64,000 nt of DNA from Desulfurococcales archaeon (GTDB taxonomy: Archaea; Thermoproteota; Thermoprotei_A; Sulfolobales; Desulfurococcaceae). Made by a program: the position numbers and the translations under genes. The stretch covers positions 480,001 through 544,000 of the forward strand of contig JALVYU010000026.1 in NCBI GenBank assembly GCA_027022365.1, in the 5' to 3' direction. Positions 21,156 to 33,408 of this stretch are shown in pieces. Position 1 is the stretch's first letter. The number at the start of each line of letters is the position of its first letter. The notes under the pieces are model-generated. The model was not told the DNA's origin and did not search any database. It saw only the letters and a list, made by a program, of their open reading frames with translations.

Positions 21156-21758
21156 TTACCTACTGCTTAAGGCTATTCTCTCAATCTCCTCCTTCCTCTG
21201 AACTGCGTAGCTCTTAGGATCGTTGTTGGCCGCGAGTATTATCTCTTCAGCGAGAGCTTCTTCTATGGGCATTGGATTGTTGAATGCCTTGGCTCTTGCA
21301 CCCTCAGTTATGTGTTTCAAGGCTAGATCAACTCGTCTCTGCGGAGAAACATCCACTGCTACGTGGTATACAATACCACCATACATGATCCTTGTTGTTT
21401 CTTCTCTTGGCGCGGTATTCTCTATTGCCCGCACAAGTACCTGTATGGGATTCTCGCCTGTCTTCAGGTATATCAGGTCGAAGGCCTTCTTTACAATATT
21501 GTAAGCTAGGTGTTTTTTGCCCATGTTCCTGCCTGGACGCATAACCTTGTTTATTAATCTCTCAACTATGGGTACTTCGGCCTTACCAAATCTTCTGTGC
21601 TCGTGTCTCCCACCTGTATGTGGTAGGAATACTGGTCTTAGACATATGTATCTCTTAAGCCCAGGATCTCGGACAACAATGTTGTCGTAACTCCATTTAC
21701 CAAACAACTTTATTTCCTGTACCTTAACAATGACTCCCTCTTCAGCCACTCCTATCAC
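21156..21758 (-). CDS. rps7: 30S ribosomal protein S7
   Basis: [21 protein letters not shown]. Confidence 0.96.
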   Translation of the reverse strand: MIGVAEEGVIVKVQEIKLFGKWSYDNIVVRDPGLKRYICLRPVFLPHTGGRHEHRRFGKAEVPIVERLINKVMRPGRNMGKKHLAYNIVKKAFDLIYLKTGENPIQVLVRAIENTAPREETTRIMYGGIVYHVAVDVSPQRRVDLALKHITEGARAKAFNNPMPIEEALAEEIILAANNDPKSYAVQRKEEIERIALSSR

Positions 21759-21912
21759 CAGCGCTTCTTACCTGCCTTTTCCAACACTGGTTTTCTCCTT
21801 TAAATCCTTAACTTTAAGCGTTTCCCGTAACGTTGTGTCGGGGCTTTTCGAACAGTCTCCTCCAGGCTAAGTGCCCTAGCAGATATTAGGGTGTATTTAT
21901 CCATGAAAACAT

Positions 21913-22452
21913 TTGTCTGGAGGGATAGTATTGAGTCAAGCCGATTATACCGAGGATGAATTAGTAAGAGTTGTTGATGTTTATGGTGTTATAAGGACTG
22001 AGGCATTCTTCTATTCTACAAGAATAGTATGTGTAATGGAGGATGGCAGGTACTTCTACCTTGAGCGTGTCCCCTTCGATATCATAATAGCTCTAAAGAA
22101 ACTTAGGGGTGAAGAAATAGAGGATGATAGAGAAAGACTTGTCGATATTCTCGTGAGTATGCCTGAAGTAATCGAGCTTATGGGTAAGCACCTCAAAAGA
22201 GTCATAATTAATGAGCTAAATATGGATACTGCTGTATACAGCGCCATAGCGGAGTTCAGTGACGGGAGTATGGTTATAAGAAGAAAGATGGTGCCTAGCC
22301 ATGCAATATTCCTGGCTGTACTAACCAACAAACCTATCTACGTGCGTAGACAGCTTATCGATGAGCAAGAAGAAATGGCTATGAATGATCTCCTTGACGA
22401 GGAATCTGAGACTGATCTTGACGATGATGAGGAATTTGATGACATGTACTGA
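21913..22452 (+). CDS. bifunctional nuclease / DUF151-like protein
   Basis: RVIINEL....YSA, PSHAIFLA....PIYV; acidic tail. Confidence 0.7.
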   Translation: MSGGIVLSQADYTEDELVRVVDVYGVIRTEAFFYSTRIVCVMEDGRYFYLERVPFDIIIALKKLRGEEIEDDRERLVDILVSMPEVIELMGKHLKRVIINELNMDTAVYSAIAEFSDGSMVIRRKMVPSHAIFLAVLTNKPIYVRRQLIDEQEEMAMNDLLDEESETDLDDDEEFDDMY

Positions 22453-22545
22453 TATCGAATCTAGACTTCTTATGAACTAAGCTAGAGAGAAGAGTTTATC
22501 TAATAAACTATTCTCGCTGAATGAAATGATCTATTTATAAGAGCA

Positions 22546-22989
22546 TCAGCGTATAGGCTTCTGTTTCTTACCAAGATATAATGCTTTCAGTGATACACCA
22601 TTTACCATTATAACTTTATAACGTACACCCGGTATGTCACCCATTGAGCGTCCACGGGGACCTCCTATACCCTCGATTATCACCTCATCGTGCTCGTCAA
22701 TGTAGTTTATCCCGCCGTCGAATGGTACGAATGCTGTTACCACTTTGCCATTCTTGGCTAGCTGTACACGGACACATTTTCTGACAGCCGAGTTCGGCTG
22801 ACGGGCTTCAACGCCTACCTTCTCTAGTACTATGCCTCTAGCCATTGGTGCGCCTTCTAGTGGGTCATGCTTCTTCTTGAGGCCAAGCATCTTGATCTTG
22901 AATTCGCGCTGGCTCCACCTAAACTTTAGTCTTTTCTTCTTAAGCTTTCTTGCTGCGAATAGCCCGTTTGGTGCTTTCTTGCCAGCCAT
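22546..22989 (-). CDS. rps12: 30S ribosomal protein S12
   Basis: [23 protein letters not shown]. Confidence 0.97.
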   Translation of the reverse strand: MAGKKAPNGLFAARKLKKKRLKFRWSQREFKIKMLGLKKKHDPLEGAPMARGIVLEKVGVEARQPNSAVRKCVRVQLAKNGKVVTAFVPFDGGINYIDEHDEVIIEGIGGPRGRSMGDIPGVRYKVIMVNGVSLKALYLGKKQKPIR

Positions 22990-23061
22990 TTCTCTGTCAC
23001 CCTCTATTCATTTCAACTAGTCTGGTAGGGGTTCTTAAACACTATCTTTCCATGTTTTAGT

Positions 23062-23511
23062 TTAGGCTATTATTACGGAATCTATGCCGAAGTATCTCTT
23101 CAGTATTATTCTTGCCCTCGCAACATTCTTGCCGCCTCTCCCGATGGCAAGTCCTTTGTCTTTTGGCTCGACACTCACGTATACTACTTTTTTACCGCCA
23201 GGCCTGTTGACTAGCTTTACTTCCCTTACTCTGGCCGGCGCTAGAGAATAGCGTACGGCGTCTTCTAGATTCTCGCTGAATCCGACAATCTCTATGTTCT
23301 TCCCTAGGAGTTTTCGTAATTTTTGTACGTATATTCCTCTGGGACCTACAGCTTTACCTATCTCGTCGGGGTTTACTAGGAATATTATGCGTCCGTTCTC
23401 CTCATCGACTATGCAATCGCGTACATGTACTCCTGTTAGCTCGTGGAGGAGGGCCATGTATCGGAATTCTTCTGGTGTCAGTTTTATTACGTTCCTGCCT
23501 TCTACACTCAC
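23062..23511 (-). CDS. nusA: NusA-like transcription factor
   Basis: Two KH motifs (AVGPRG, AIGRGGKN); position in rpo cluster. Confidence 0.93.
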   Translation of the reverse strand: MSVEGRNVIKLTPEEFRYMALLHELTGVHVRDCIVDEENGRIIFLVNPDEIGKAVGPRGIYVQKLRKLLGKNIEIVGFSENLEDAVRYSLAPARVREVKLVNRPGGKKVVYVSVEPKDKGLAIGRGGKNVARARIILKRYFGIDSVIIA

Positions 23512-23831
23512 GCTTCAATCCCCTCCTCGACCAGATCTAAAATATTAGACTGGCCTGGGTCGACGATGGCAAGTGATGCTATACCGAATGGTTTGCCGGC
23601 AAGTGCTCCTAGCTCCATGTTGGTGCCTGGGAATCGGAACACTGGTATGTTTGAGAGCCTTGCATAGTATTCTATGTCTCTCTTTAGCTCCGGCGGCGCA
23701 TTGTTCGCTATGACGACTAACCTGGCTTTGCCGTGGAGGACTAGTTTTAGTGTTTTCTTACTCCCTATGACTACTTCTCCTGTTTTGAAAGTCATTTGCA
23801 GGGCACGTATGAAATCTACTATTGAGGGCAT
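23508..23831 (-). CDS. rpl30e: 50S ribosomal protein L30e
   Basis: TG.VVIG.K.T, ELG...GKPF, DPGQS. Confidence 0.95.
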   Translation of the reverse strand: MPSIVDFIRALQMTFKTGEVVIGSKKTLKLVLHGKARLVVIANNAPPELKRDIEYYARLSNIPVFRFPGTNMELGALAGKPFGIASLAIVDPGQSNILDLVEEGIEA

Positions 23832-23848
23832 TTCTATTTCTACACCTC

Positions 23849-25066
23849 TTACTCTTCTTCTCCACGCCCATAGGGTTTATAGGGAGTCATATATATTTCT
23901 ACAATTCCCGTACCTACAGGTACGGGTTGTCCAACAATTACGTTTTCGGTAACACCTACGAGTGGATCTTCTTCTCCAGAAACAGCTGCTTCTGCCAGCT
24001 TCTGGACGGTCATTTCGAAAGCAGCTCTTGCGAGAACACCTGTTTTTTCTCCGGCTATACCCATTCTTCCTACTTGTTTCACTTTGCCTGTCCATGTCAT
24101 CATGTCTGCAAGGAGCATAACATGTCTTACATCAACATCAAGTCCTTGGTCTTCTAGTACGTTTATGACTTCCCTAATGATCGCTGAGCGGGCGGCCTCT
24201 ATTCCTAGCACCTCTTCTATTTCCGCTATGTTGTTAGTGTATACTCTCCTATAGTCTACACCCGGTATCTTCATTACTTCTGCTAGGTTACTTCCTTCGG
24301 CGACAAGTATGTATTCATCTCCTCTTTCCTGTATAATCACCTTGTTTATGCCTTTGATACCCTTTACCTTCGCCTTAGAGATCTTGACACGTATTCTCTC
24401 TATTTTGGTGTAATCGGCTTTCTCAGGTTTGAGATCTATTCTTATAGTATTAGGATCTTCTTCGTCCTGGTAGACTTTGCCCAGTTTCAGTTTTTCGAGA
24501 ACTTTTATGACTGTTTCAGGAGTAACGCCTTTGTCCATTAACATTTCTGGATCGAGAACTATAATGGCGCCTTCGAACGGGTTAACTATTATTTCCTTTG
24601 CAATGTTCTCGATTGTTGTTGTCTCTATCTTTCGTGCAATCTCCTTGGCTTTCTCCTCAGAGTATTTATGCTCGTCGTCGAGGTAGATCTCCATTATCGC
24701 TGTACTGGGCTTTTTCCTCGCGTCAACAATCTCTATTAGTCTGGGTAGACCTAGGGTGATGTTGAATTCTCTGACACCTGCATAGTGGAATGTTCTTAGG
24801 GTCATCTGAGTTGATGGTTCGCCGAGGCTCTGCGCAGCAACGGTACCTACGGGCTCTCCCGGCTCTACCTGGCTTATATCATATCTTCTTATGGTCTCCT
24901 CGATTATTGCTTGTAGTTCTTCCTCATATAGCCCATGTTCTTTGTATATCCCGATGAGTTTCTCTCTGAGTTTTTCGTAAACAGCCTTACTGACTTTTCC
25001 CTCAAGATTCTCCTTGAGAATGGTCTCTAGTTTTTTGATTGACTTGATTCTTTTCATATTCTCCAC
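23849..25066 (-). CDS. rpoA2: RNA polymerase subunit A''
   Basis: [31 protein letters not shown]. Confidence 0.97.
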   Translation of the reverse strand: MENMKRIKSIKKLETILKENLEGKVSKAVYEKLREKLIGIYKEHGLYEEELQAIIEETIRRYDISQVEPGEPVGTVAAQSLGEPSTQMTLRTFHYAGVREFNITLGLPRLIEIVDARKKPSTAIMEIYLDDEHKYSEEKAKEIARKIETTTIENIAKEIIVNPFEGAIIVLDPEMLMDKGVTPETVIKVLEKLKLGKVYQDEEDPNTIRIDLKPEKADYTKIERIRVKISKAKVKGIKGINKVIIQERGDEYILVAEGSNLAEVMKIPGVDYRRVYTNNIAEIEEVLGIEAARSAIIREVINVLEDQGLDVDVRHVMLLADMMTWTGKVKQVGRMGIAGEKTGVLARAAFEMTVQKLAEAAVSGEEDPLVGVTENVIVGQPVPVGTGIVEIYMTPYKPYGRGEEE

Positions 25067-27708
25067 CCTATGATTTTTTCAATCACTCTTTCTATCTTCA
25101 CGGATTCACCATGGTCGCTCTTCATGGGATCTACTCCATCCTCGCCGTATCTAAACTGTACTATCTCGCCTGTGGGCAGTCTCACGGTACCATCATATTC
25201 TACACGTAGATCCTGGAGAGCGTTTATGAGTCTTCTCTGCATGTATCCGCTCTGGCTTGTTCTTACGGCTGTGTCGGTTAGTCCTTCTCTACCCGCTGCC
25301 GCATGGAAGAACATTTCTATGGGGTTTAAGCCATCAACAAATCCATGGGCGACAAACCCTCTTGCTTCTGGGCCCAGATCTCCGGGTTTAAAGTGTGGCA
25401 ATGTCCTATTAAAGTATCCACGGACTATTCTTCTTCCTCGGATTGTCTGTTGTCCAAGCAGTGCCGCCATCTGTGTGAGGTTTACCGGATTTCCTCTCGC
25501 ACCTGTTCTAGCCATTATTATCACTGGGTTTGTTAGTGTGAAGTACGGCGTTATAGCGTCGGCAACATCGTCTAGAAGCTTCTTTGATAGGAGATCAATT
25601 ATCTCGTCCTCCAACGTCTCCTCAAGTGTTCTACCTGGTCTTGGTTCGAGCTCTCCTTTTCTATACTTATCAATAAGCTCATATACTTCTTTCTTCTTCT
25701 CCTCAATGATCCTTCTGATATGCTCCTTTGCTTCTGGCGGTAGTAATAGGTTGGTATAGCCCATTGTGAAGCCATGTTTCTCTGAGTATCTTAGGAACAT
25801 CCTATAGACGTAGTCCATGAATAATCGTGCCATGTCTTCGCCGTATTCCTTAACTAGCCAGTGAATAAAGCTCTCTGGTTCTTCTCTACCTATACTAGCT
25901 TTGTCGAGCACTCCGATGAGGAACTCGCCCTTCTTGATAATTACTAGGCTGTCGTGTGGACAGTCTTCATCAATGCATCTTAGTGCAGAGGCGCTCGCTA
26001 TTTTTGCGGGGCGCTTATAGTTGAAGTCTTTTGGTATGAATAGGCTGATAAGCTGTTTTCCTGTCCAATAGGGGCCCGGCTTGAGTATAGCTGGTTCTGG
26101 GAGTCTTCCACGGTAATTTGCTACGCCTAGGAGGTCTATGACGTCTTCTCTGGTTAGTAGTGTGGATTTGTTTGTTAGAAGGAATGCTCCACTGATATAG
26201 TCTTGTAGTCCTCCTATGATGGGTCCTCCATAACGTGGTGTTAGTATGTGTTTCTCGACAAGCATTAATAGTCTGGCTTCAGCTCTTGCTTCTTCGCTCT
26301 GTGGTACGTGGAGGTTCATCTCGTCTCCATCGAAGTCCGCGTTATATGGTGGACATACTAGTAGGTTTAATCGGAACGTCTTATATGGCAATATTCTCGC
26401 TACATGTGCCATTATTGAGATTCTGTGGAGTGACGGCTGTCTGTTGAATAGAACTATATCTCCGTCCTTGAGATGTCTCTCCACTATAAATCCAGGCGCC
26501 AAACTTTCTGCTAACGCCTTACGGTCAACGTACTTAAGGTTTATCTTACGCCCATCGGGCTTAATCACATAGTTTGCTCCTGGCCATTTCTCAGGTCCAT
26601 TAAGCACATATCGTCTGAGCTCATCTATGTTCCATGGGGTGACACGTTCTGGCACTGTTAGGATCTTGGCTATGTCTATCGGTACTCCTACCTCGTTTAT
26701 GCTGAGGTTAGGATCAGGGCTGATTACTGTTCTGGCAGAGAAGTCGACACGTTTTCCGCTGAGGTTTCCACGGAATCTCCCTTCTTTTCCTTTGAGTCTT
26801 TGGGCGATGCCCTTTAGAATCTTGCCGCTCCTGTGCTTTGCGGGGCTGATTCCTGGTACCTCATTGTCGAAATATGTTGTTACGTGGTATTGTAGTAGCT
26901 CCCATTCCTCCTCTATTATAGCGTTAGGAGCTCCCGTCTCGATGTGTTCTCTTAATCTGTTATTGATCCTGATTATGTCTACAAGTTTATGGGTTAGGTC
27001 GTCCTCGCTCCTAATACCTGTTTCTAGAAGAATAGACGGTCTGACAGCCCGTGGTGGTACTGGTAGAACGGTCAACACCATCCATTCTGGCCGTGCGTCG
27101 ACGGGATCTCCTCCTAGTAGTCTAACATCATCATCCGGTATCTTTTCGAGCCTAGCCCTAATTTCTATCGGGCTCAGCTTAGTCTGTCCTTCCTCGCCCC
27201 TGTCTTCATAGAATGTATGTGGTTTCTCGAGCCTTATCTTGTACTGCTTAGCACCGCAATGAGGACATTTCTGTGCGGCTGCAGCTTTTCTCCTTATGTA
27301 CTCGAACAATCTTTTCTCGAGATACCTTATGCCTAGTTCCTCGAGATTCTTTAATAGTTCGAGATATTTCTGTCTCTCTGTTTCGCTGATCTTTATTCTG
27401 CCGCAGGCTCTACATGTTGTCTTGAGGTACATGTGTATGTGTTTGACGAAGCTAACATGTATGACGGGACGTGCCAGCTCGATTCGGCCGAAGTGTCCTG
27501 GACAGAAGTCTCTCGTGTTTCCACAAACGGGACAAATTTCGCGGGGCTCTATAGGGCCGAGCCGCCTATCCATTACGCCGCCATCGATCGGCGCCCCATC
27601 ATTGTCGTAGACTTCACTGGTCATAATTGTTGTGACACTCATCTTACGTATTTCGTCAGGTGAAAGTATTCCGAACTTAATGGAGCCTATTTTCGTGGTG
27701 ATGGGCAT
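25054..27708 (-). CDS. rpoA1: RNA polymerase subunit A'
   Basis: [10 protein letters not shown] catalytic motif, [11 protein letters not shown]. Confidence 0.98.
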   Translation of the reverse strand: MPITTKIGSIKFGILSPDEIRKMSVTTIMTSEVYDNDGAPIDGGVMDRRLGPIEPREICPVCGNTRDFCPGHFGRIELARPVIHVSFVKHIHMYLKTTCRACGRIKISETERQKYLELLKNLEELGIRYLEKRLFEYIRRKAAAAQKCPHCGAKQYKIRLEKPHTFYEDRGEEGQTKLSPIEIRARLEKIPDDDVRLLGGDPVDARPEWMVLTVLPVPPRAVRPSILLETGIRSEDDLTHKLVDIIRINNRLREHIETGAPNAIIEEEWELLQYHVTTYFDNEVPGISPAKHRSGKILKGIAQRLKGKEGRFRGNLSGKRVDFSARTVISPDPNLSINEVGVPIDIAKILTVPERVTPWNIDELRRYVLNGPEKWPGANYVIKPDGRKINLKYVDRKALAESLAPGFIVERHLKDGDIVLFNRQPSLHRISIMAHVARILPYKTFRLNLLVCPPYNADFDGDEMNLHVPQSEEARAEARLLMLVEKHILTPRYGGPIIGGLQDYISGAFLLTNKSTLLTREDVIDLLGVANYRGRLPEPAILKPGPYWTGKQLISLFIPKDFNYKRPAKIASASALRCIDEDCPHDSLVIIKKGEFLIGVLDKASIGREEPESFIHWLVKEYGEDMARLFMDYVYRMFLRYSEKHGFTMGYTNLLLPPEAKEHIRRIIEEKKKEVYELIDKYRKGELEPRPGRTLEETLEDEIIDLLSKKLLDDVADAITPYFTLTNPVIIMARTGARGNPVNLTQMAALLGQQTIRGRRIVRGYFNRTLPHFKPGDLGPEARGFVAHGFVDGLNPIEMFFHAAAGREGLTDTAVRTSQSGYMQRRLINALQDLRVEYDGTVRLPTGEIVQFRYGEDGVDPMKSDHGESVKIERVIEKIIGWRI

Positions 27709-27719
27709 AAGGTGTCACC

Positions 27720-30700
27720 TCATTCTTCGCGTGCAATGTCTTTAATTCTAAGTCTGGGCATTATGCATAGACTCATGAGTTCCTGAAGTAGAAGCTTGAA
27801 CGCGTAGGATACTTCTACTGGCTTGAGTTTTCCTTTATCCTTGTGTATTGGGCACATGTATTTGCCACGTACACGGTCATACCATCCAATATGTCCACAT
27901 AGTTCACATACATATATTATCGTCCTATCACTCTTGTCCAGCATCTGTTCCTTGAGCAGTAGGCTTGCACCATGGCCTACTAGACAGTCTCTCTCCATCT
28001 CGCCAAAACGTAGTCCTCCCTCCTTCGCTCTACCCTCGGTAGGCTGTCTGGTGAGGATCTGGACCGGCCCGCGGGCTCTTGCATGTATCTTGTCTGCGAC
28101 CATGTGGTGTAGTTTCTGATAGTAGACTATCCCTATGAATATCGGCGAGTGTAGGATCTCGCCTGTTCTGCCATCATACATTGCCTCCATGCCTGTCTCG
28201 GGATATCCGTATCTCTTCAGGGTTATCTGTAGGTTTTCGATGGATTCTTTATAGAATGGTGTTGCATCTATGAAGCGTCCCTCGAGTGCTGCAGCCTTGC
28301 CTGCGATGCTTTCGATTAACTGGCCTACAGTCATACGGCTCGGGAATGCGTGTGGGTTTATGATTAGGTCTGGGACTATGCCATCCTCTGTGAACGGCAT
28401 GTTTTCGTGAGGCACGATCAGCCCTATAACTCCTTTCTGTCCATGTCTTGATGCGAACTTGTCTCCGAGCTCCGGTATTCTCAGATCCCTAACTCTGACC
28501 TTGACCAGCTTGTTGCCTTCTCCATCTGTGGTTATCATTACTACATCTACTACGCCTTTCTCGCCGTGCCTAGTCACTATGCTTGCGTCTTGTCTCGTTA
28601 TACCCGCTCCCACAGTATATTCTTGCGCGGTGAAGAATCTCGGCGGGCTTATCTTACCTATTAGTACGTCTCCGCCTTTCACAGGTGTTTCGGGTGTGAC
28701 GATACCGTCTTCGTCGAGCTTCTCGTATGCTTTGGGCCCTCTATAGCCTCTTACGTTGCTTGAAGGAATAGTTATTCGATCTTCTTGTCCTCCTGGATAC
28801 TTGTACTCTATGGTTGAATATAGTCTGAAGAACGTGCTTCTCGCCAGGCCTCTATCGATGGAGCCTTTATTCATAATGAGCGCGTCTTCGATGTTATAGC
28901 CGGTGAAGCTCATAACCGCTACTACCATGTTCTGCCCAGCCGGTCTCTCGTTGTACCCTATGATCTCCATTGCTCTTGTCTGTACAAGGGGTTTCTGCGG
29001 GTAGTGGAGGAAGTGCCCTCTAGTATCCATTCTTCTCTGGAAGTTAGCCGCGTATAAGCCGAGGCTCTGCTTAGCCATAGCTGCCTCATAGGTGTTTCTT
29101 GGGCTCTGGTTGTGTTCTGGATAGGGTATTATTGATGCGGTGATGCCCAGTATTGCTGGTGTCCATATCTCCATATGGGTATGTTCAGGAGTAAGATCCT
29201 CCGGGTCTAGGGCTATGTATGCGTTTTCTTCTTCATCAGCGTCCAGATACTCTACTATGCCGTTTCTGACAAGGTCTTCAAAGCTCCACTCACGGGTCAT
29301 TATTTTCTTGATGTGATTTGGTTTGAGCTTTGGCCTCCCATTTTCCACTATGAGGAGAGGCCTCCTTATCCTTCCGGCATCCGTGTTCACGAATACTTCA
29401 TTGATATAATCGCTCTTTATATGGGCCACATTGACCTCAGAGCTTATCTTGCCCTGTCTTCTCAGCTTCCTAATCTCGTTAGCGAGCTTAGTGCCGTCTG
29501 GATGGTATCCTATTAGCCTACCGTTTAGATAGACTTTGGACCACGCTAGAAACTCGGGGTATTCATATCCTTCCTGTAATTGTTTCTTTGCTTCTTTGAT
29601 TACTTCCTTGATCGGCTTGACTCCCAGCTTGTAAAGTACCGGCTCTACTTCTTCTTCGGGAACACCAACGCTTACATAAGCCATTAGTGCGAGGTTTTTC
29701 ACAAGACCAATATTTGCTCCTTCCGGTGTCTCGAACGGGCACATGCGGCCCCATTGTGTTGGATGGAGTTCTCTTGCCTCGAAGTGAGGCTGGTTCCTCG
29801 CCAGTGGAGAAACAACTCTTCGTAGGTGGCTAAGGGTGCTCATAAGGTTTGTACGGTCCAGAAGCTGGCTCACACCAGTTTTTCCGCCAGGCCAGTTTCC
29901 TGTGGCCATGGCGTGTAGTACTCTGTCTGTGAGCATACCGGGTTTGATCAGCTGCCTTAGGTCTACCCGTTTGTATTTGCTATAGTTTCTCTCAATGGCA
30001 TTTCTTATCTCTCTCCTGAAGTAGTTGGCCAGATAATGTCGTACTAGCTGAGCCAGTAGGTCACCGGCTAGCTTGAGCCTCTTATTCCTGTAGTGGTCTT
30101 TATCGTCGGGTTTTCTACGTCCAAGAACGAGTTCTAGGAGCTTATTTGCCATCTGGGCAATGAAGTAGGCTTTTTTGAGCCTAGTTTCTGGGAAAGGATC
30201 GGTGCCTATATGTGGAAGTAAGTATTCATCGAGGAATCTCCTAGCTCTTTCAATACGCTCCTGTCTGGGCCTACCGATAGCTATTCGTACACCGATATAG
30301 TCGAGGGCTGCTTCAATGGTTTTTCTGCGGTGTTGTTCTTCGAGCCTCTTCCTTTCCTCGGGTGTAGCGTCCTCTGGTATCTCGAGTTTAGGAAATATTG
30401 TTTGTGCTTGGATAATGCTTGGCATTAAATATGTCTGTATCTCGGGATCTAAACTAACCGCATATGTAATATCTATTTCAGATGAAAGACCAAGTGCAGC
30501 CATGAGTATGACTAGAGGTATTCTTAAACCTTGAATGGACGCATATAGTATTCCGTCCTTTCTCCTCTCAATTATTAGTTGGCTTCTACGCCCTCTAGAC
30601 ACGCTTATTACTTTTGCAAGATGAGTTGCCGAGGAGCTCTCGCTTGCATAGTCGACCAGGACATTATTGCTGGCCAAGTCTTCCTGGGCAATGAGGACTT

Positions 30701-31184
30701 TTTCACTACCATTTATGATAAAGTATCCTCCAGGATCCTTAGGGTCTTCGCCAATTTTGACTAACTCCTCTTTAGACATTTTGCTTAAGGGATCAATATC
30801 GGATTTAAGCATGACCGGGAGATCCATTAATAGTATTTCTTGTTCTTGTTCTTCTCCTCTATCTGTTACAATAGATAATCGTAAATATACTGGTGCTGCG
30901 TAGGTTAAGTTTCTCAATCTGCACTCGAGGGGGGTTACTTCTTTCTCGAAGCCTTCTATTGCCCTGACAACTGGTTTACCGATCCTGTATCCCTTGATCA
31001 CTACTTTAGCTATTCCCGGAACTTCTATTACCTTGAATTCATCGATAATCTCTGGTAGCGTTTTCGATACGAACCTATTGTAGCTGTCCAAGTGCTGGCG
31101 AACTAGTCCTTTTTCCTCGAAGAATTTCTTCATAACTATCCATCGATCATCGGGGGTTGGGAAAACCTTGGTGCTTGCAGCCAC
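27720..31184 (-). CDS. rpoB: RNA polymerase subunit B (unsplit)
   Basis: GGYFIING.E, GDKFASRHGQKG, GLRFGEMERD. Confidence 0.98.
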   Translation of the reverse strand: MAASTKVFPTPDDRWIVMKKFFEEKGLVRQHLDSYNRFVSKTLPEIIDEFKVIEVPGIAKVVIKGYRIGKPVVRAIEGFEKEVTPLECRLRNLTYAAPVYLRLSIVTDRGEEQEQEILLMDLPVMLKSDIDPLSKMSKEELVKIGEDPKDPGGYFIINGSEKVLIAQEDLASNNVLVDYASESSSATHLAKVISVSRGRRSQLIIERRKDGILYASIQGLRIPLVILMAALGLSSEIDITYAVSLDPEIQTYLMPSIIQAQTIFPKLEIPEDATPEERKRLEEQHRRKTIEAALDYIGVRIAIGRPRQERIERARRFLDEYLLPHIGTDPFPETRLKKAYFIAQMANKLLELVLGRRKPDDKDHYRNKRLKLAGDLLAQLVRHYLANYFRREIRNAIERNYSKYKRVDLRQLIKPGMLTDRVLHAMATGNWPGGKTGVSQLLDRTNLMSTLSHLRRVVSPLARNQPHFEARELHPTQWGRMCPFETPEGANIGLVKNLALMAYVSVGVPEEEVEPVLYKLGVKPIKEVIKEAKKQLQEGYEYPEFLAWSKVYLNGRLIGYHPDGTKLANEIRKLRRQGKISSEVNVAHIKSDYINEVFVNTDAGRIRRPLLIVENGRPKLKPNHIKKIMTREWSFEDLVRNGIVEYLDADEEENAYIALDPEDLTPEHTHMEIWTPAILGITASIIPYPEHNQSPRNTYEAAMAKQSLGLYAANFQRRMDTRGHFLHYPQKPLVQTRAMEIIGYNERPAGQNMVVAVMSFTGYNIEDALIMNKGSIDRGLARSTFFRLYSTIEYKYPGGQEDRITIPSSNVRGYRGPKAYEKLDEDGIVTPETPVKGGDVLIGKISPPRFFTAQEYTVGAGITRQDASIVTRHGEKGVVDVVMITTDGEGNKLVKVRVRDLRIPELGDKFASRHGQKGVIGLIVPHENMPFTEDGIVPDLIINPHAFPSRMTVGQLIESIAGKAAALEGRFIDATPFYKESIENLQITLKRYGYPETGMEAMYDGRTGEILHSPIFIGIVYYQKLHHMVADKIHARARGPVQILTRQPTEGRAKEGGLRFGEMERDCLVGHGASLLLKEQMLDKSDRTIIYVCELCGHIGWYDRVRGKYMCPIHKDKGKLKPVEVSYAFKLLLQELMSLCIMPRLRIKDIAREE

Positions 31185-31186
31185 TT

Positions 31187-31459
31187 TTAAGCACCCTTCT
31201 TCTTTGGTTTAACCGTATCGACCGCTACGTATCTGTAAGCAATTGTTTCGCCCGCTGTGGGGCTTTTCCTAATAATTCTGATAATATCCCCTGGCCGAGC
31301 CCCTATGGCTTTGACAACAGGATCATTGATACTGATCCAGGGGAGTTGGTAAGGCTTTATGTTTAATTTTTTCAAAACCTCTAAAGCTTCTTCAGGAGAT
31401 AATATTTCATGTTTGGGGACAAGCTCGTGTTCCAAAATATTAGGTTGTTTCTTTGACAT
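31187..31459 (-). CDS. rpoH: RNA polymerase subunit H
   Basis: HELVPKH, LP.I...DP, R.SPTAG. Confidence 0.96.
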   Translation of the reverse strand: MSKKQPNILEHELVPKHEILSPEEALEVLKKLNIKPYQLPWISINDPVVKAIGARPGDIIRIIRKSPTAGETIAYRYVAVDTVKPKKKGA

Positions 31460-31592
31460 AACTTGATCCCTACCTCGATAACATTATCTACTCCCAAATC
31501 AAGCACGTAGTTCCTAAGGGGGGAGATTATAATACAGGGTCTTAAGCTTATCGTTCGGGAATAATATTATAGTTTAACATATCTGATAAAAA

Positions 31593-31934
<342 letters not shown>

Positions 31935-31952
31935 GTTTTCACCAGGTAAATA

Positions 31953-32052
31953 ATTTCTATTTTAGAAATATTTAAAGTTTCCGAACAACCCCATATCACA
32001 ACCATATCACAGATTATATTACAAACGCTTTATAAGTTTCTAAAATAGAAAT
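31953..32052. promoter_or_regulatory. divergent promoters with palindromic operators and ATATCAC repeats
   Basis: TTTCTA-N3-TAGAAA at 31954 and 32037 directly downstream of each TATA; ATATCAC at 31993 and 32004, ATATTAC at 32016. Confidence 0.7.
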
Positions 32053-32072
32053 AGAGAAACCAGGGTGAGAAC

Positions 32073-32549
32073 ATGGCCCAAGCCGTGTCTCAGGTTGTTC
32101 CTAAAAGCGGTTTTTTGGAGATGGTTGAGCGTGAGTTGACTGTTCTTGAGAATATGTATAGGGATCTTGTTCGTGAGGCGGAAGAAGTACTCGATAGGCT
32201 GTATTATGTCAGCTACTACGGTTATGATGACGGCGAAATTAGGATCCGTCGCAACGGGTTGAACAGGCTAGTAGTCGTTATCAATGGCAAGGAGATAGAG
32301 TATGGAGATTTCAGCGGAACATGGACTCTAGTAGGAGATCCAAGGATAGTCGTGGAAAACAAGGACAGGCTTCTACGATTGGCGAGGGCATTGAACAGCT
32401 TCCATACAGAGATGCAGAAGATACAATCGATAATAGACAGGGCGGAAGCACTTGCAACAAAGCTAGGCAAACCAGAGATCCTAGACAACGTACTCCAGAA
32501 GATAACAAAGTACCTTGAAGAACCAAGGATCCTAGGTGATGGAATATGA
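32073..32549 (+). CDS. provirus hypothetical protein, coiled-coil
   Basis: GGTGA RBS; first gene of a tightly packed operon. Confidence 0.8.
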   Translation: MAQAVSQVVPKSGFLEMVERELTVLENMYRDLVREAEEVLDRLYYVSYYGYDDGEIRIRRNGLNRLVVVINGKEIEYGDFSGTWTLVGDPRIVVENKDRLLRLARALNSFHTEMQKIQSIIDRAEALATKLGKPEILDNVLQKITKYLEEPRILGDGI

Positions 32550-32665
32550 TCGTATGCTATTCTAGCAAAGAGTCAAGCTATAGATGTGTCGAGGTAGATG
32601 ACGAACCCGAGGAATTCTTGATCTACAATCCAAGAACAGGACAATGGGAAGAAGTCAAAGCATAA
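32546..32665 (+). CDS. provirus small protein (39 aa, not in track)
   Basis: MIVCYSSKESSYRCVEVDDEPEEFLIYNPRTGQWEEVKA; ATGA overlap, GGTGA RBS. Confidence 0.65.
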   Translation: MIVCYSSKESSYRCVEVDDEPEEFLIYNPRTGQWEEVKA

Positions 32666-32675
32666 GGGTGATAGG

Positions 32676-32939
32676 ATGAGCCTTGTTCTACGCTATAAGC
32701 GTAAATACTATATTACTCTCAGCGGAACAGCGAGAAGGCTATTATTGAAGCATAACAGGAAATTCTATGAAGAGTACATGGATCTTCTCGAGGAAATGTA
32801 TGAAGTAAGGGCTGTCAACGGCGAAGAAGCAAAACAACTATTCCTAAACGAGTACAAAGCGATAGCAAGCCTATACAGGAAAGCAGCAGAGATCACAAAA
32901 CTACCATTGGAACAAGTCCTAAGAGCCTACCCAGGGTGA
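32676..32939 (+). CDS. provirus hypothetical protein
   Basis: GGTGA RBS, operon packing. Confidence 0.75.
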   Translation: MSLVLRYKRKYYITLSGTARRLLLKHNRKFYEEYMDLLEEMYEVRAVNGEEAKQLFLNEYKAIASLYRKAAEITKLPLEQVLRAYPG

Positions 32940-32943
32940 TCCG

Positions 32944-33180
32944 GTGATGTTGGCTGATTGTAGAAAATGTGTATACTTCATTCCTATAGAGAAGTTTGAG
33001 GAATATGATATGCTAGATCTGCTCGATGAAGCAGAGAGCCTTAAACATCATGGAATCACGATTCTAGGGTGGTGCAACAGATTCCACAGATTCGTGAAAT
33101 ACTATAAGGGCAAATGCAGGGGCTTCGCCAGAAAAGCGATCAAGCAACATACACTAAAGGAATACGGGGTGATCTATTAA
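32944..33180 (+). CDS. provirus Cys-rich, putative Zn-binding protein
   Basis: CRKCVYF...GWC...CRGF. Confidence 0.7.
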   Translation: MMLADCRKCVYFIPIEKFEEYDMLDLLDEAESLKHHGITILGWCNRFHRFVKYYKGKCRGFARKAIKQHTLKEYGVIY

Positions 33181-33404
33181 TGGTTTATCTTTCACGTAAT
33201 ACTACTACACATAGTATATTGAGCTATCTCGATGATTTATATGATGCTTGTAGAGAACAAGACTATGATATAAGCATTATTGATGATGTAATAAAATATG
33301 ACTACTCTGTAAAACGAGCAATAGCTAATATATGTAGAATATATGAATACTACCTTCCCGTTCCAAACGATGATTTCTTATTAATATGGGAAAATCATTG
33401 GTGA
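33180..33404 (+). CDS. provirus hypothetical protein
   Basis: TAATG overlap start (MVYLSRN...) preferred over track start 33114. Confidence 0.65.
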   Translation: MVYLSRNTTTHSILSYLDDLYDACREQDYDISIIDDVIKYDYSVKRAIANICRIYEYYLPVPNDDFLLIWENHW

Positions 33405-33408
33405 TCTT

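Noticed and set aside
23822-30903. Numerous long antisense ORFs over rpo and other core genes
   Set aside because: Shadow frames of conserved genes with no motifs or RBS
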